A stretch of 64,000 bases of DNA. Origin: Hemiscyllium ocellatum (taxonomy: Eukaryota). Location of the stretch: assembly GCF_020745735.1 (NCBI RefSeq), contig NW_026867476.1, forward strand, positions 372,001 through 436,000. Reading direction: 5' to 3'. Numbering within the stretch: the stretch's first letter is position 1; every line of letters begins with the position of its first letter. Position numbers and translations under genes: made by a program. This document shows, in pieces, positions 14,240-27,514 of this stretch. The notes beneath the pieces are model-generated. The model did not search any database, was not told the DNA's origin, and saw only the letters and a list, made by a program, of their open reading frames with translations.

Positions 14240-14390
14240 TGTTCTCCAGAACTGAAGAGACGTGGAACATTGGTGGAATTTAGATTGTACAGAAGAGTAT
14301 GTAATCAGTTTCTCCTCAGTGTGGATTTGCTGATGTTTAAGGGTGGATGACTGAGTGAATCTCTTCCACAGTTCATGCAGGTCAAAAGCT
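14240..14390 (-). pseudogene. C2H2 zinc-finger fragment
   Basis: (C)GKRFTQSSTL-KHQQIHTEEKL across a frameshift. Confidence 0.55.
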
Positions 14391-14453
14391 TTGTTTCGGT
14401 TTGATACCACCAAACCCCTACGGCGACAATAAATCCTGCAGTTTTTAACGAAG

Positions 14454-16002
14454 ATGCATGAGCCAGCCATTGCACCATTCTTCATTTTCTATTCAATTGT
14501 TGCAGCTATCTGTGGCCCTGGTGTTACTGATGTTCGAGAAAATCGATTAGCTCATCATGTCTTTCCAGAAGTTTATTCTTTTCCCTTCCAGAATTCGGTA
14601 GCATTTTCTCAACATGCAACTCCTTGATTTTAAGGCACATCCACAGGTCTCCAATCCCTATAATACATCATGAAATAATATCTGTGCTACGGCAAATCAT
14701 CATGAATTGCTTCCGATTTCAGTATAATAAAGGGCACTGCGTTATTCAATTTTGAATGCTGAAGACTTGGAGAAAGATCGTCTATGAGACACGGAACTGA
14801 TAACTGTGGTGAATGACAATGCATGAATATTCAATTGTAATAGTATCACAGATTCGATTCAAATCCAATTCAGAAAAATGAAATTTGTTCCATTTTAGGA
14901 TGGATTATTTAACATGATATGGTATGACGCATGGCCCGTGCTTCATATGAATATGTTCATGGAAACCACATTATTCCTGTTATTCCGAATTGGACAAGTG
15001 GCTACTTAACATTACCTCAGTCACTGGAGAGCGATTTCATTTCCTGGATTGATCACATTGACAGATGATGTGATGGTGCAATGTTGGACTGGGGTGGAGA
15101 AAGTCAGACATGACAGTAGCCCAGGTTATTTTCCAACAGGTTTGTTTGAAATAAGAAGATTTCGGACCGCTGTTCCTTCATCACGTGTATTGCTAGATGT
15201 TTGATACTGCACTACGTGTCTAATACTACACTAGATGTCTAATAATTGTCAATGATTTCAGAAAAGCTAGACACTGGAATTGGCAAGCTGATAGTTGAAG
15301 GCAGTTCCGTAAAATATTTCATGAGGTGACAGACAATATTTGGACTGAGCTTAGTAATTTATCATTTGATTTTTCACAGCCAACTTTCTGCAATAACAAT
15401 CTTATTGCCAGGATGGTGCTGTTTCTCGAGGTGTATCACCTACTACCTGGTGGCAATTACAGTGAGTGATTTCCTCGTCATTACTACTGCCGTCATCCTC
15501 AACCGAATCAGCCGCATCTATTTTCGGGAAAACGTCTTGTCCACCACTCCTGCGTGCACTCTTAGCATCGTATTGGTCAATGCTACTCTGGATTGCTCGG
15601 TCTGGCTGACAGTGGCCTTTACCATCGGTCGCTTCGCAGCCATCTGCTACCAGAGACAGAAGACCAGATACAGCAAAGAGAAGGCTGAATCACTGGTCAT
15701 AGAACTGGTCTGTGTTCTGAGTTGCATCAAGATCATGCCTTTGTACTTTACATTCCAGCCTTTGTTCATTTTGGATGGGATACCCGATTGTTATCTATGT
15801 GCGGCTGAAAGCTAAGAGTGACTTTGATGGACTGGGTTTAAGTAAATTGGAGTACATCTTTGATGAGAGCACCAACATACTCCAGTTACTTAGTTCCTGG
15901 AACAAGGTCTTCATATATACACTCTCTCAGAATTTGTTTCAAACACAAATGAAGAAAGTTCAGATTTACCTCTTCACTGCTCTCACCAGATTCCTTAAAT
16001 GA
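14454..16002 (+). pseudogene. GPR139/GPR142-like GPCR pseudogene: exon 1 14454-14520, exon 2 15380-16002 with frameshift and internal deletion
   Basis: Exon 1 MHEPAIAPFFIFYSIVAAICGP/GT donor; acceptor ttttcacag at 15379; CITYYLVAITVSDFLVI...SVWLTVAFTIGRF...; TM5-TM6 region missing; C-terminal LQLLSSWNKVFIYTLSQ. Confidence 0.85.
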
Positions 16003-16824
16003 TGAAGGATTGGAAAGTCACTTCATTTTTTTTTCTTTCTCAACAGTGTGGCCTAGCGGGAATTACTACCATCTATATTCGATGCAGAAATCTGACGAAA
16101 ATAAACACCTGTCATAAATCGGCATAAGGCATGATATCCTGCTGTACAGATACCTGAAGCATAGCCTGAAAGAATGCAGAAATATTGGAAATTATTTCAC
16201 TCTCGACATGAAGCGAACTTATGATTTGTTTGCAGTCACGCTTCCTCCGATCCTCACAGGTCTCATCACAGTTCGCCTTCGTTTATTCATTTCTTTCCCT
16301 CACTGTTTTGCTCTTGATGTCATTTTCCCATCTCTTCACTCCTTTCTCACAGCATTCCTTGCACGTTTCCGTCAGCACTGTCTCCCTGTTTGCCGTTATT
16401 TCTTTTCCGAGGGCTGTCTTATCTGCTTATTCCAGTCTCCAGTTCAGGATGTTGTGCAGAGTAACGTGATCTTCAAGAAGATCCATAACCCAATCCCTGT
16501 GTTTGAACTGTGTCCACAGTAAAGATGCATTCTGTTTATTGTTGAGTCTGCATGTTTTACATTTACTCTCCTGTTGAATTCCTCGGAGTATTGAACATTG
16601 TAACGATATCATTAGATTCTGCCCCAGTTTCTACATCAGAACTTCGTTTTCCTGCATTAACAGGAATATATGCTAACCACAAGACTAAATTTCCAGAAAA
16701 ACTCAGCATGTCTCTCAATGTTTTGGAGAAAAAGCTGAGTTGATATTTCCAGTCCAGTGACTGGTCCTCAGAAGGTCTCATTAAAATTTCTGCTATTTCA
16801 GTCTGTGTGGTCTCTCCAAAATAC

Positions 16825-17445
16825 CATGTCTAAGGGCAACCTATCCTGCATCTTATGCGATAGACGATGTTGGGCGAGTCACATGAGTAAGTGCCGTCCA
16901 CCTGGCGGGTGCCGGCCGCACTTTTAGTTGTAATATCTTTGTCAACACGCTTTGCAGTGGTTGGCATAATGGGATTGCATGGTGTTGAGTTCAATGTCGT
17001 CCGAAGGCTAGGCATTTCTCTGCAAGCTGTGGTTTGGTTATGCAAACCTATCACGACAATCACTGCAAGACGTGTCAGAATGTCGAAATATATATTATCA
17101 TTACAAGGGGGGACACTACCCACCTGGTGCGTGACAGATATTCATGAGACTCGGCCAAACTTCTTTATCTCAAACGCTGAAGAAAGGATGCATATATTGG
17201 TGAGACCAAGCGAACGTTGCAACAAGAGATGAATTGATACCACACAACAATTGCCAGACAGCAATGGCCACTTCCAGCACTTCAGGTGTCCAGAGAATCA
17301 GCCTCGGATCTTCGGGTGTCTATCCTCCAAGGAAGACCTCGGCTTCGCAGCAACGCAGATTTGAGGAGCAGATGCTGAAATTCAACCTCAGTATTCATGA
17401 GATCAGCGTCAAACGGGGTCTTGGGTTCATGTCACACCACAGGGT
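16825..17445. mobile_element. Penelope-like GIY-YIG fragment split into an inverted (minus) 5-prime piece and a plus-strand 3-prime piece
   Basis: Minus 17123-16830 ends in GTYSCDSPNIVYRIRCRIGCP; plus strand from ~17190 reads YIGETKRTL... and ...RDLGFMSH-like C-terminus. Confidence 0.7.
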
Positions 17446-17459
17446 ACTCCACTGCAGAT

Positions 17460-17720
17460 ATACGCTGACACACACACACACACACACACAAACGCACACC
17501 AAAATACACAAACACGTGCACTCAGACACACGATCACATACTTTCTCTCAGACACAGACACATACACTCATGCACTCACACTCATTAGCACACCATCTGA
17601 GAAGCATATACTCTTTCACACTCAGGCACACACTCTATCAAACACACGCAGGCACGCGCGCACACACCCATGCATAATGTCTCCCTCTCTGCACCACACG
17701 TATGTTCTCTCTCTCTCCCT
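17460..17720 (+). repeat. Degenerate CA-rich simple repeat
   Basis: Interrupted (CA)n/(CT)n tracts directly after the Penelope fragment. Confidence 0.85.
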
Positions 17721-17999
17721 CATACCCATGTACACGCACATATAAATTTATGGGGTGAAATTGCATTTGCAGATTTTCTTTGCAAATACGTTCTATTTTG
17801 CTTAAAACACACAATTTGTAGGCAGTCAGTCCATGTGACATTTGAAAAATCTTACTTAGGAAACAGAACCAGACTGACTTAACTTTCGGACACAGACAGA
17901 CACTAACCACACATCGTTAATGTCTGAGCTGAGGTGTCACTGTTGTTTTTACAATAAAAAACTCAAATTGTCTCGGGACTGTGACTTGAAAGCAGGTCT

Positions 18000-19130
18000 G
18001 GAATTATATATTAATCAATCAAAACCTACTTCCCCATTATAAGGGATTAAAGACTTAACAGAAATCCAGTTTTCTTTAATGCATCGCATCAGTTGTGTGA
18101 TACTTTGATCTTTTGCTGTAAATTCTGTGTTCTATGATCCTGCCACACTAGCTAACTGACGAAGGTGAAGCTCTCCAAAAGCTTGTTTTTTCAATTAAAT
18201 TTATTGGAATGCAACTTGCTGCTGTGTAATGTTTAACAGTCCAATATTATTATCCAGTCTAAGCTGGACTGAAGCCTCCCTTTGGCTTACACAAAATAAG
18301 TTATCACTTAGTTTCATGACATCAACAATTTTTGAATAACTATGACTGAGACAATCATCGTATAAATTGCTAAGCTCTGTCTCACAGATTCTTACTTCAA
18401 CTAATAACATTTGACCATCCTGAGGATAATCCATTCCCTTCTACAATTTGAATTCTCCTCATTAATTAATCACAGCAACTTAACATCAACATCGTTTTCT
18501 ACAATATATTTACAGATTTCCTGTATGGGATGTTATCAAAAACTTTCAAAATAACGAAAACACAACACATCTGCTGGTTTCGCCTAATCGCTGCTACAAT
18601 TAGCATCTACAAAACGAATTCCAGTGGGTTTGCCAAACAGTCCTTCTACTGTATAATTCCGTATTGACTCATGTCAAACATACCATTGTTACGAAATGTC
18701 TACTTATCGTCTCCTTCAACATATGACCTGGCATTTCCTTATAATTGGAATTCAACAGTACTGTGGCCCCTGTTTTCTGATCTCACCGTTCTTATAGAGT
18801 TGATATATTATCTTCTGTTTCAATAATGCTCAGGCACTTTTCTGGAATTTCGAGAATTTCCAGTGGTAACCATCAGTGCACTCATTGTCTGTCCAGCCAC
18901 CTCATGCTAGACTCTGGAATGGACCCGATTTGGCCGAGGAATTTATCAACCTTCAATGTAAGAAGTTTTCTGTTCTCAGCATCCAAAAGATTTTCATGCT
19001 CTGGACTCCTCCTCAGATATCATCCATTATTGGTAAACAGACCCAACAACTTTTTGAAATTTACTTATAGACGAATGTTAAGAGAGCAAAACCGTAGAAG
19101 GAAAATCTTTCACGACTTTCACAACTAAAC
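18000..19130 (-). mobile_element. Old CR1 ORF2 remnant
   Basis: ccgatttggccgaggaatttatcaacc near 18925-18950 is the reverse complement of a VDKSPGPDG-type motif; heavily mutated RT motifs to the left. Confidence 0.55.
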
Positions 19131-19476
19131 ATAGAAACAATTGGGGAAAATGCAGTGAAGGACTGAGATGTCCTTCAAATTAAGTATAAGACCTAAGCTC
19201 ACCTATTGAAGTAGGAACTCTATTTGATGGAGTAATCAAAACACGTGGAAGGGGGCTTCAGAATTTGGAGGTTGCTGTTCTCGATTTACGTGTGTGCAAT
19301 TGTGCAATATTCCAATGTTACACAGCAGGCATGACACCGGACCAGAAACGAAGGTACATGTTCGAATGCAATTGACACTCTCCAGACTCTGAAATTGTAT
19401 AAATTAGAGACCTTTTTCTTTATGTCACGGAGATCAAGCGAGGAGTTTTGAGATTTCGATTAGTTTACAACAAGTG

Positions 19477-20950
19477 ATGCATGGCCCAGCGAATGTCTCG
19501 TTCAATGCCCTGTATTATTCAGCTCTTGCTAGTACCGGTGTCCCTGGTAAGTAACAGATTCTAAGCAGTTGTTTAGAAGTGCAAAAAAGTATTTTCTATT
19601 AAATTTCATGGCCGTTTTTTTTTCTTTTGATCGTCACCGCTGAAGGAAACGCAGCCAAATCACCATGTATATGCAAAGTATTAAGTTACACTAACTTGCA
19701 CGCGTTTGCAGTGCACAGCAACATTATATCTATTGAGCTGCTCAATTGAGCAATTAGTGAATAGCCGGTTATTAGATTACTGGTTTGTGAATTGCAATAC
19801 GTGGTATTGCCTGAATAATAATGAGATTAACTACACAAAATTAAATTATGTCATATTGTTGAAACGACAAACTGCTCTTTTTGCTATTGTCTGTAATAAT
19901 GGGCTATCATGGTGCTCGATACTTTAATGCACAGATGACACGATGATCCCGAAGAGAATTATTGCAGATACGTCATTATTTTAAGGATTAAAAGTATATC
20001 TCGTGATTACTCAAGTCAGTTCGATAATAGATTTAAATTGCCCCCAGTCAACCTGCTAGCGATCATCATAATATCACAAGGACAGTGCGGACTTTCTGGG
20101 TGCACAACCTTTTCCTTGATGAGGACAACAGTGAGTGATTTTCTTGTGATCATCACTGAGTGCATCCTGAATGCGACTGGCGACACTTACTTTCGACACA
20201 GTGCCCTGTCCACGACCACTACCTGTACAGTACGCACCCTGATGATCTATGCCAGCCGGGATGGTTCAGTCTGGCGAACTGTTAAATTCACCATCGACCG
20301 TTTTGTCGTTACTAACTGCTGAAGTCTGAAGACAAGTTACTGAATCGAAAAAAACTGCATCACTGCTCTTCGGAGTGGTTTGTATCATGAGATGCATCAA
20401 AAACCTGCCTTCCTACTTCGTCTACCAGCCCTTGTACATTGTGGACGTGGTGTCCTGGTTCTGTGACTTCAGAGACTCGTACTTAAACTCTGCATGTAAA
20501 TCCTATGACTGGCTGAATCACATCTTGACGCCTATTGTCTCATTCCTCCTTATTCTGCTGCTCAATGCTGTGACTGTTAGATACATATTGGTGGCCAGCA
20601 GTGTCCGAAGCAGACTCAGGGGCACAGCGAGCCACAGAAACTCTGAGAAGGCCAAGTGCAAGAGGTCCATAAGACTGCTCTTCACCATCTCGTTCAGCTT
20701 CCTCCATCTAAGGGTCACCTATGTCGGACGCTTCCCCTGTGTGCGGCTTGCAGTTGAGGTATACTTCAGCGGCATGGATTTCACTAACCAACATTTCATT
20801 CTCCAGAGAATCGACGAACATCTGCAGATACTAAGTTCTTGCAACAACGTCTTCATTTATGCAATATCCCAGAGCAAGTTCTGAGATGAACTAAACAAGG
20901 TGATGTCTCCCTTCACACCTCTCGCTGTGTGCAAACAAAGTTATCATGTT
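19477..20950 (+). pseudogene. GPR139/GPR142-like GPCR pseudogene: exon 1 19477-19546, exon 2 from 20048
   Basis: Exon 1 MHGPANVSFNALYYSALASTGVP/GTAAGT; acceptor cccccag at 20047; VNLLAIII...TIDRFV...C* then frameshift, NHILTPIVSFLLILLLNAVTVRYIL...NNVFIYAISQSKF*. Confidence 0.88.
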
Positions 20951-21922
20951 TTCCGTCAATCAAGGGGGCTCAGTGTGAAACACATTCTCTCCCTGTCAAA
21001 ATTAAATGACATTTGTGCGTTCATGCTTCTGTACTGGAATTATGGACAGTGTATTTATCAGCCTTGCCGTACTCTGTTACTAATACTCATGGAAAATAAA
21101 ACTTGCAGAAAATGTATTTTTAAGGATGAGGAAGTCACCTGTGGTCCATGCCTGTCATGACTATTTTACATGGCCAATGGTCCGAGCTATATCATTTGAT
21201 AATCATTTCTTTCTCTCCTCCGCCCCTTCCCTCTCGGTCGGCATTCTTATGTTACTTCCGTTTTCTCCCTCATTCGTGTCTCAGCACTATTTCATCTATT
21301 TATTTGAATCGTTCACGTTGTCTTTCAATTTGACACAATCCTGATGAATAGCTCCTTATGTCCTCAACAATGACCTCAACATTTTCATGTTTTCGCTAGA
21401 TTACATAATTGATGCCTCTCTTGGTAAAACTCAATTTTAGTCAAAGCCTTTCACAGTATTTGCAGCTCCAAAGAACACAGCCCCCTCGCCCTTCCCCACT
21501 CCAGCAAAACCTCCCCACGCTAAACCTCGTCATACACACATATATTCTGCGCCTGAAGTCAAATGCGTGCTATTTCCTTTAGCTAGAAGAAAATCAAGGT
21601 TAATTTCATGATTTCCCAATGTTATGTTTTGATCAATAATATGCAGGACGAACAGAAACGATGTTTCGTTTGTGCTTTAGACAATTAACACATTTGCCAG
21701 GTCCTGCTTGTCTTTCCTCGCCTTACCCTCTATGAAGGTTCTTAATATGGTAAGGCATTCAGATAAATTACATGCGGCGATTTTCAGTGACTAATATATA
21801 ATGTTTCTTCTACTTGTTCTGCAATAACAATTATATTACCATGCAGACAAACAATTGCTCCTCGATTGCAAGTATTGTGGACATCTTCATTGTTATTTAT
21901 CTGTTTAGAATGATACGAAATG

Positions 21923-21926
<4 letters not shown>

Positions 21927-21987
<61 letters not shown>
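21927..21987 (+). repeat. (AC)n microsatellite
   Basis: About 30 perfect AC units. Confidence 0.98.
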
Positions 21988-21990
<3 letters not shown>

Positions 21991-22789
21991 TTGAATGTGT
22001 GCAATATATTCTTTGGAATTGAACATCTCCACCAAGGTTGTTGCGTATTCTTCATGCTGCAGTGGCGGTTGGACTGACACAAGTTTCAACAAACGTGCAG
22101 GGTGAAAATCTAGCAGAAGAGATTAATTGAACACCAACCTTTAATTTGACATGTTCGTATCGGTGAAATCTGTGTCACCAAAAAAATTAGGGCATGATCT
22201 TATTGAATGTTGGAGCAGGCTCGAAAGGTCGGGTGGCCTTCTCCTGCTCCTCGTTCTTATGTTCTTATGCTCTTATAAAAGTCAACTGGGACACGCATTT
22301 TTCTGATGAAGAGTTAGTGGACTCAAAATTTTAACTCTGTTTTCTCCTGACAGCTGCTGCCAGACCGGCTGAGCTTCATCAGCAAGAAGTTCTCTTTGGC
22401 TTCAGATTTCAGCATTCACATTCTTATTTTCTTGTTCGAGAACAGACAGCAAAAATTAAATACAAACTAATGATTGCTCTGACAATACATTTGAAAGTTC
22501 TGAACATAAAGCGGACTTTGACAAAAACCGCACTTTTTTGTTTATGCAACTTGACGAGTTGACAAAATGGCCGAAATTAATCTTTCCTCTGTTGCATCTG
22601 CCGCACAATAGTTTGTGCAGACACCTGAGTAAGACAATCGCAAATTGTCACATCATCCAAGAGGCATTCCAGCCATTTTGTTGTTCAGCAATTTGCGCAC
22701 TGAATTCAGTTATAACAGTGACCAGATATGAAGACCACCAAAAAAAAATTCAAAGTGCTTCAAATCACCAATAGACCCAACATCCAAGT

Positions 22790-23060
22790 TACCGACCCTT
22801 AGATCCCACTCCGCTACTCTGGACATGGGACAGCATGCCTAAGCTATGACTATGAAAACAAATCAGCTTCACTCAGTTAAAGGAGTACTCAAACGTCGAA
22901 GGAAACATTTCAAAGACATCCTGAAGACTTGCCTCCAGAAATAGAAGAGATGTGAACAAGTGGGAGACCGTCTTTCTATTGCATCCAGGGACACAACTTC
23001 CAAGCTGAAACTTGGAACAGGAATTGTAGAAAGGAATGCCACCAATTTCGAACACAAAAC
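22790..23060 (+). mobile_element. RTE-like LINE 3-prime remnant
   Basis: RRKHFKDILKTCLQK resembles the QRKRFKDTLK motif of RTE-clade ORF C-termini. Confidence 0.5.
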
Positions 23061-23284
23061 GTAATTCCAACTCCCTCAGAGATGGCCAAATTCATGGTCT
23101 TAAGTGTGGATCTTGGAGTTGGTAGGAGTCATGCCACAACCCACAGAAAAGTGACGAATATCATGAAATTATTTCTTCTGAAATCGAACGCTTAAATGAG
23201 TGACATGAGAATCGTGACCAGGTTAGACACATTTCAACATTCACCAGAACATGGTGGAGTGATACCTAGATCTAGCTGGGGAGC

Positions 23285-26200
23285 AGTCAGATGTGCTGTT
23301 CGTTGCGTCACGAGCCCAGATCATGTTTTATCAGACATCCTGCGGAGTCGAGGTGTTAACAGAGCCATGAACAGGAAGAGTAACCTTCACAACCTGAACA
23401 AAAAGCGAGGATAATGATTGATATTATTTAAATTGAGTCTTCAAAAGCCTTGTGTTTTTCGGGAAAGCAAACCGTGTTTGTTTTCATATGGAGGCTTCAT
23501 TATCATCTCTTTCCGGTTGGAAATTTCTCTCTTTTCATTCGCAATTGTTCTTCCATTATATAATCCAATCTCGTGCAATGTGCCTGCATGCCTCGCGCGA
23601 GTCTATTGACTTAATCACATTGACCAAATTCTTCGAGGAACTTCTGGCCATTTCAAGCGAGCGTTCTGCAATCAGACGAGTTGAATGACACTTTTTATTG
23701 GTGATGTACATTTGCTGCAGCTCAGCACCTCAAAGCAGGCACCTCCTCTCTTCTTTCGTGCAGCACGTCTGCTGAACAACATCAAATTATCACAATTCCA
23801 CTTTCTTCAGAATGAAACCCAAGGCGACAATATGAACCTATTCAATCTTCAATGTTATGCACAGGATTGAAAGTACATTTCATACAGAACAATTGACACT
23901 GCACATTCCTACACTAAGTATTTTGGAGAATCAGATAGATGTGATGCTGGTGCCTCTTTAAGCATCATGTCGAAATACCTTTTGTCTTAAATTATGTGCC
24001 CTGTTTTGAGGGTTCTCACTGAGCAACATCATTACAAATATTTTGGCAATATGTTCTGCTTAAATGCAGAGATACCTATTGTAGTCATTGACTATATGAA
24101 CAATTATGTCATAAGTACTCGTTTTGTAATTGCATTTAAATCTGTTTGGCATTCTAATGAAAAAGGTCAAATGGACAAAGTGCACAGAGAGTCTGTAGCC
24201 AGGTGCATTTGTGAAAAGCATTTACATCACCACTTGGACAGCACAGACATGATGGGCCAAAGGGTCTCTTTCTATGCTGTATTGTTATATGACTGTCGAT
24301 GACTGCTGGTTCACCCTCTTGATTAATGCACAAGTAATTATAACATTATTGATAAATAAAAACCGACAGAACAGCAGATGCTGAAAATCAGGACCAAAAA
24401 CAGATGGTTCTGGAAAAGCTGAGTAGGCAAGCAACAACTGTGAAGAAAGATCTGTGTGAAAGTTTTGGGTCCAGTACTGCCAAGCTTTTGCAGCAACTTC
24501 TCTTTTTGTTCGTTACTTTATTGGTCCTGGTAGTACTGAGTTGTCAGGCACTGCGGAGTTTCATTGTACAACCATGTGCTGACACAAAAAAAAGCACTCC
24601 CACAAACCATCTTTCCAGCTGCCCATCAGAAACTCTCAGGACTGTCGACTTCTCCACACGTCATCTCATGTGTGATCCAATCAAAAGATTTCACCTCTTC
24701 CGTAACAAAACTGTTATACTGACTAACTTTTCACGGATGCCACTTCCCTCGTGGATCCTCTATTCTGCAGAACCACTTCACTGGATACAAAGCCCAGAGT
24801 CAGGAACTTTATTTTTGTGACTCGCTATCAAAATAGGATTTTGTTTCTCTCACTTATCGCCAAAAGGAGAAGAGTAACCCGATCGTTTATATGCAGCTGA
24901 AATATCAAGATGTGATTTGCTGACAAATAATTAGGGAATTTGCTGAGAGGATGAAAAATGTTCATTTCCGTACAGCCTAACAGAATTCTCAAGCACCTAA
25001 GACTTTTACTGGCGGCTCTGACTCATTAGTCAGCCGCTACTGAATGCTTTTAATTGGTGAGTGCAGCTCAGATGTGAGTTACATCCGATCCTCTTGATAT
25101 TTTAAGCATGTCACTGTTATCCTTGACCTGTGAATCGACAACGTGTCATTCTGGAACTGTTAACGTGAAGGTGCGGATCAGGACTTAATGAAGCACAATA
25201 TGTTTGACCTCATTCAGCTACGCTGTCCATCGCATTGCCAGTCCAGGTCGCGTTTCTGTAGATATCCTGCAGAGTTGAGGTGCTAACAGAGACAAGAGCG
25301 GGAATAGTAAACTTCCTAACCTGAACGAAAAGCAAAGATAATAACTGCTACAATTTCAGCTGTAGTTTTCTGGAAAACAAACTGTATTTGTGCCTATTTG
25401 GCTGCCTCACTGTCATCTCTTTCCCTGTTTCACAGTTATTCATCCATTTTATAATTCATTCTCGTGAAATGACCCTTCATGCCTAGTGCGAGGTCTTAAG
25501 AAGTCAACATCTTCAACAAATTCATCGAGGAACTTCTGGACATTTTTAGTGAGGGTTCTGTATTCACACGAGGTGAAGAACACTTTTATTGGTGATGTGG
25601 AGTGAGTGCCTGCAGCATTTATGAAAAATATTTTCATCATCACTTGGTCAGCACAGACATGACGGGCCAAAGGGTCTGTTTCTATGTCGTATTGTTCTAT
25701 AACCGACTATGACTGTAGGTTCACCCTTTTGACTGAATGAACAATAAGTAATGACATTGTTGGTAAATTTAAAACAGAAAGATCAATGATAGTGAAAATT
25801 AGGATCAAAAACAGAAGTTATAGAAAAGCTGAGTAGGTATGGCAACATCGGTGAAGAAAACTCCGACTGAAAGTTCTGGGTTCAATTTTAATGAAGGATC
25901 AATACATCGAAACATTAACTCAACTATTTTTTCACATATGTTGATAAACCTACCAAGCTTTTGCAGCAACTCCTCTTTTTGCTCATTACGTTATTGCTGG
26001 TGGTGGTACTGAGTGGTCAGGCACTGTAGTGTGCCACTGTACAAAGATGTGCTGACACAAACACTGAGCACTCCCACAAACCATTTTTGCAACTGCTTAT
26101 CAGAAACTCTCAACTGTCGTCTACTCAATACATCATCTCACGTGTGATCGTTTCAAAAGGTTTCACTTCTTCTATAACAAAAGGGTTATGCTGATTGGCA

Positions 26201-26710
26201 GAATGCAGGATGCCGAGTTCCAAGTGCATCCTCTTTTCTGATGAACCACGTTTTACTGGATCGAATGCCCAAACACAGGAACTTTATTGTTGTGACACGC
26301 TACCAAAATTCGACATTGTTTCTCTCACTTATCACCAAAGGGAGAAGAGCAACTCGTTGGTCTATACGCAGCTTAAATATCTAGATGTGATTTGCTGACA
26401 AAAAATGAACAGAGTTGCGAGAGGATAAACAATGTTCATTTTCCATCCATCCTAACAAAAGAAACCGCAAGTGACTGAGAGTTTTACTGGTGGCTCTGAC
26501 TCATTAGGCAGCTGCTACTCAATGTTTTTAATTGATTCGTTTGGTTCCAATGTGAGTTACATCATATCTCCTTCTTGATATTTTAAAGCATGTTAGCGTT
26601 ACCCTTGACCTATGAATCGACAACGTGCCATTCTGGAATGTTTCACGTGAAGGTACAGGGACAGTACTCAATAACACACAATATGTATGACATTGTTCAG
26701 ATTATTCTAA
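23285..26710. repeat. Diverged tandem duplication: unit 1 ~23285-25220 (with ~490-bp extra segment 23725-24210), unit 2 ~25220-26710
   Basis: Colinear matches, e.g. gaggaacttctgg..catttt (23636/25528), cagcacagacatga.gggccaaagggtct (24239/25649), ccaagcttttgcagcaact (24480/25953), gaatcgacaacgtg.cattctgga (25132/26613). Confidence 0.9.
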
Positions 26711-26937
26711 ACGTACATTATGAGAGTCCTGTGGCAAGTTATTCTCTGAACCTGAATGCTGTAGTTCCGTTTTACTGGAGGATTTTGCTGGATCAAACAA
26801 AGTTGTTGAATTTTCCATGGCAGATAATCGCTGTCACAGCATTTTCCAATATCGTGAAATGCACAAAAAAAGTTTTTTTTTGCTTTACATTCACGCAACT
26901 ATTTGTTCATTTCAATAATGGATTTATAATAATTAAA

Positions 26938-26975
26938 GCTTTGTGTCCGAATGACCAGTATCAGATATCACTGTG
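26938..26975 (-). other. Orphan second RSS downstream of the V segment (CACAGTG - 22 bp - ACACAAAGC)
   Basis: Consensus heptamer at 26975-26969, 22-bp spacer, nonamer 7/9 to ACAAAAACC, same orientation as the V RSS 105 bp upstream. Confidence 0.55.
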
Positions 26976-27041
26976 AGCTCGAGAATCGCTTCAGATCTCA
27001 CTGTTTGCTGAACACGCTAACATGTAGAGTGATGGTCTTCG

Positions 27042-27080
27042 AATTTTTGTACAGGGTCAGCCCAGTTCTCATTCTGTGTG
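27042..27080 (-). other. 23-RSS of TCR V segment (CACACAG - 23 bp - ACAAAAATT)
   Basis: Immediately follows YYCALCP; spacer counted as 23; non-consensus heptamer 3-prime half. Confidence 0.9.
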
Positions 27081-27514
27081 GGACACAGTGCGCAGTAATA
27101 CACTGCGGAGTCTGTTAGTTCTGCATTCAACATATTCAGTTTGATAGTGCGGTTCGCAGGATCAAAATTCCAAGAAAGCCGGTCCAGTAGAAAACTCCCC
27201 GTTTTCTCACTATTTTGGTCTTTCTGCAGCAGAAACTGCACGGCTCCGTTGGAAGGTTGATGGTACCAGTACAGATCAGGATTGTTACTTATTGTAGTGT
27301 AATTACAGAACAGCAGCACATCTTCCCCTTCATTCAGTTTAATTGCAGCCGGTGTTTGTGAGACAGAATCGCCACGACAAAATCCTGGAAAAGCCATGAG
27401 TTATACAAAATTAAATAAGGAATGACAATACATTTATCGTCGAGAATTCGCCCGTGTACCTTGATCAATAAACCGAAAAATAAATGAGGGAAGTTGAATT
27501 AGATTCCATTTCAT
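27081..27514 (-). CDS. TCR alpha/delta variable gene segment (candidate leader exon 27514-27460, intron 75 bp, V exon 27384-27081)
   Basis: Open V exon GDSVSQ...LLFCNY...LYWYHQ...LTDSAVYYCAL with Cys23, Trp41, Cys104; acceptor ttttccAG; phase-1 donor after MKWNLIQLPSFIFRFIDQ (leader only weakly hydrophobic, so the leader call is less certain). Confidence 0.9.

Noticed and set aside
27084-27090. Perfect heptamer embedded in the V 3-prime end (possible V-replacement cryptic RSS)
   Set aside because: No nonamer-like sequence at 12 or 23 bp; arises from codons GCA CTG TGT.
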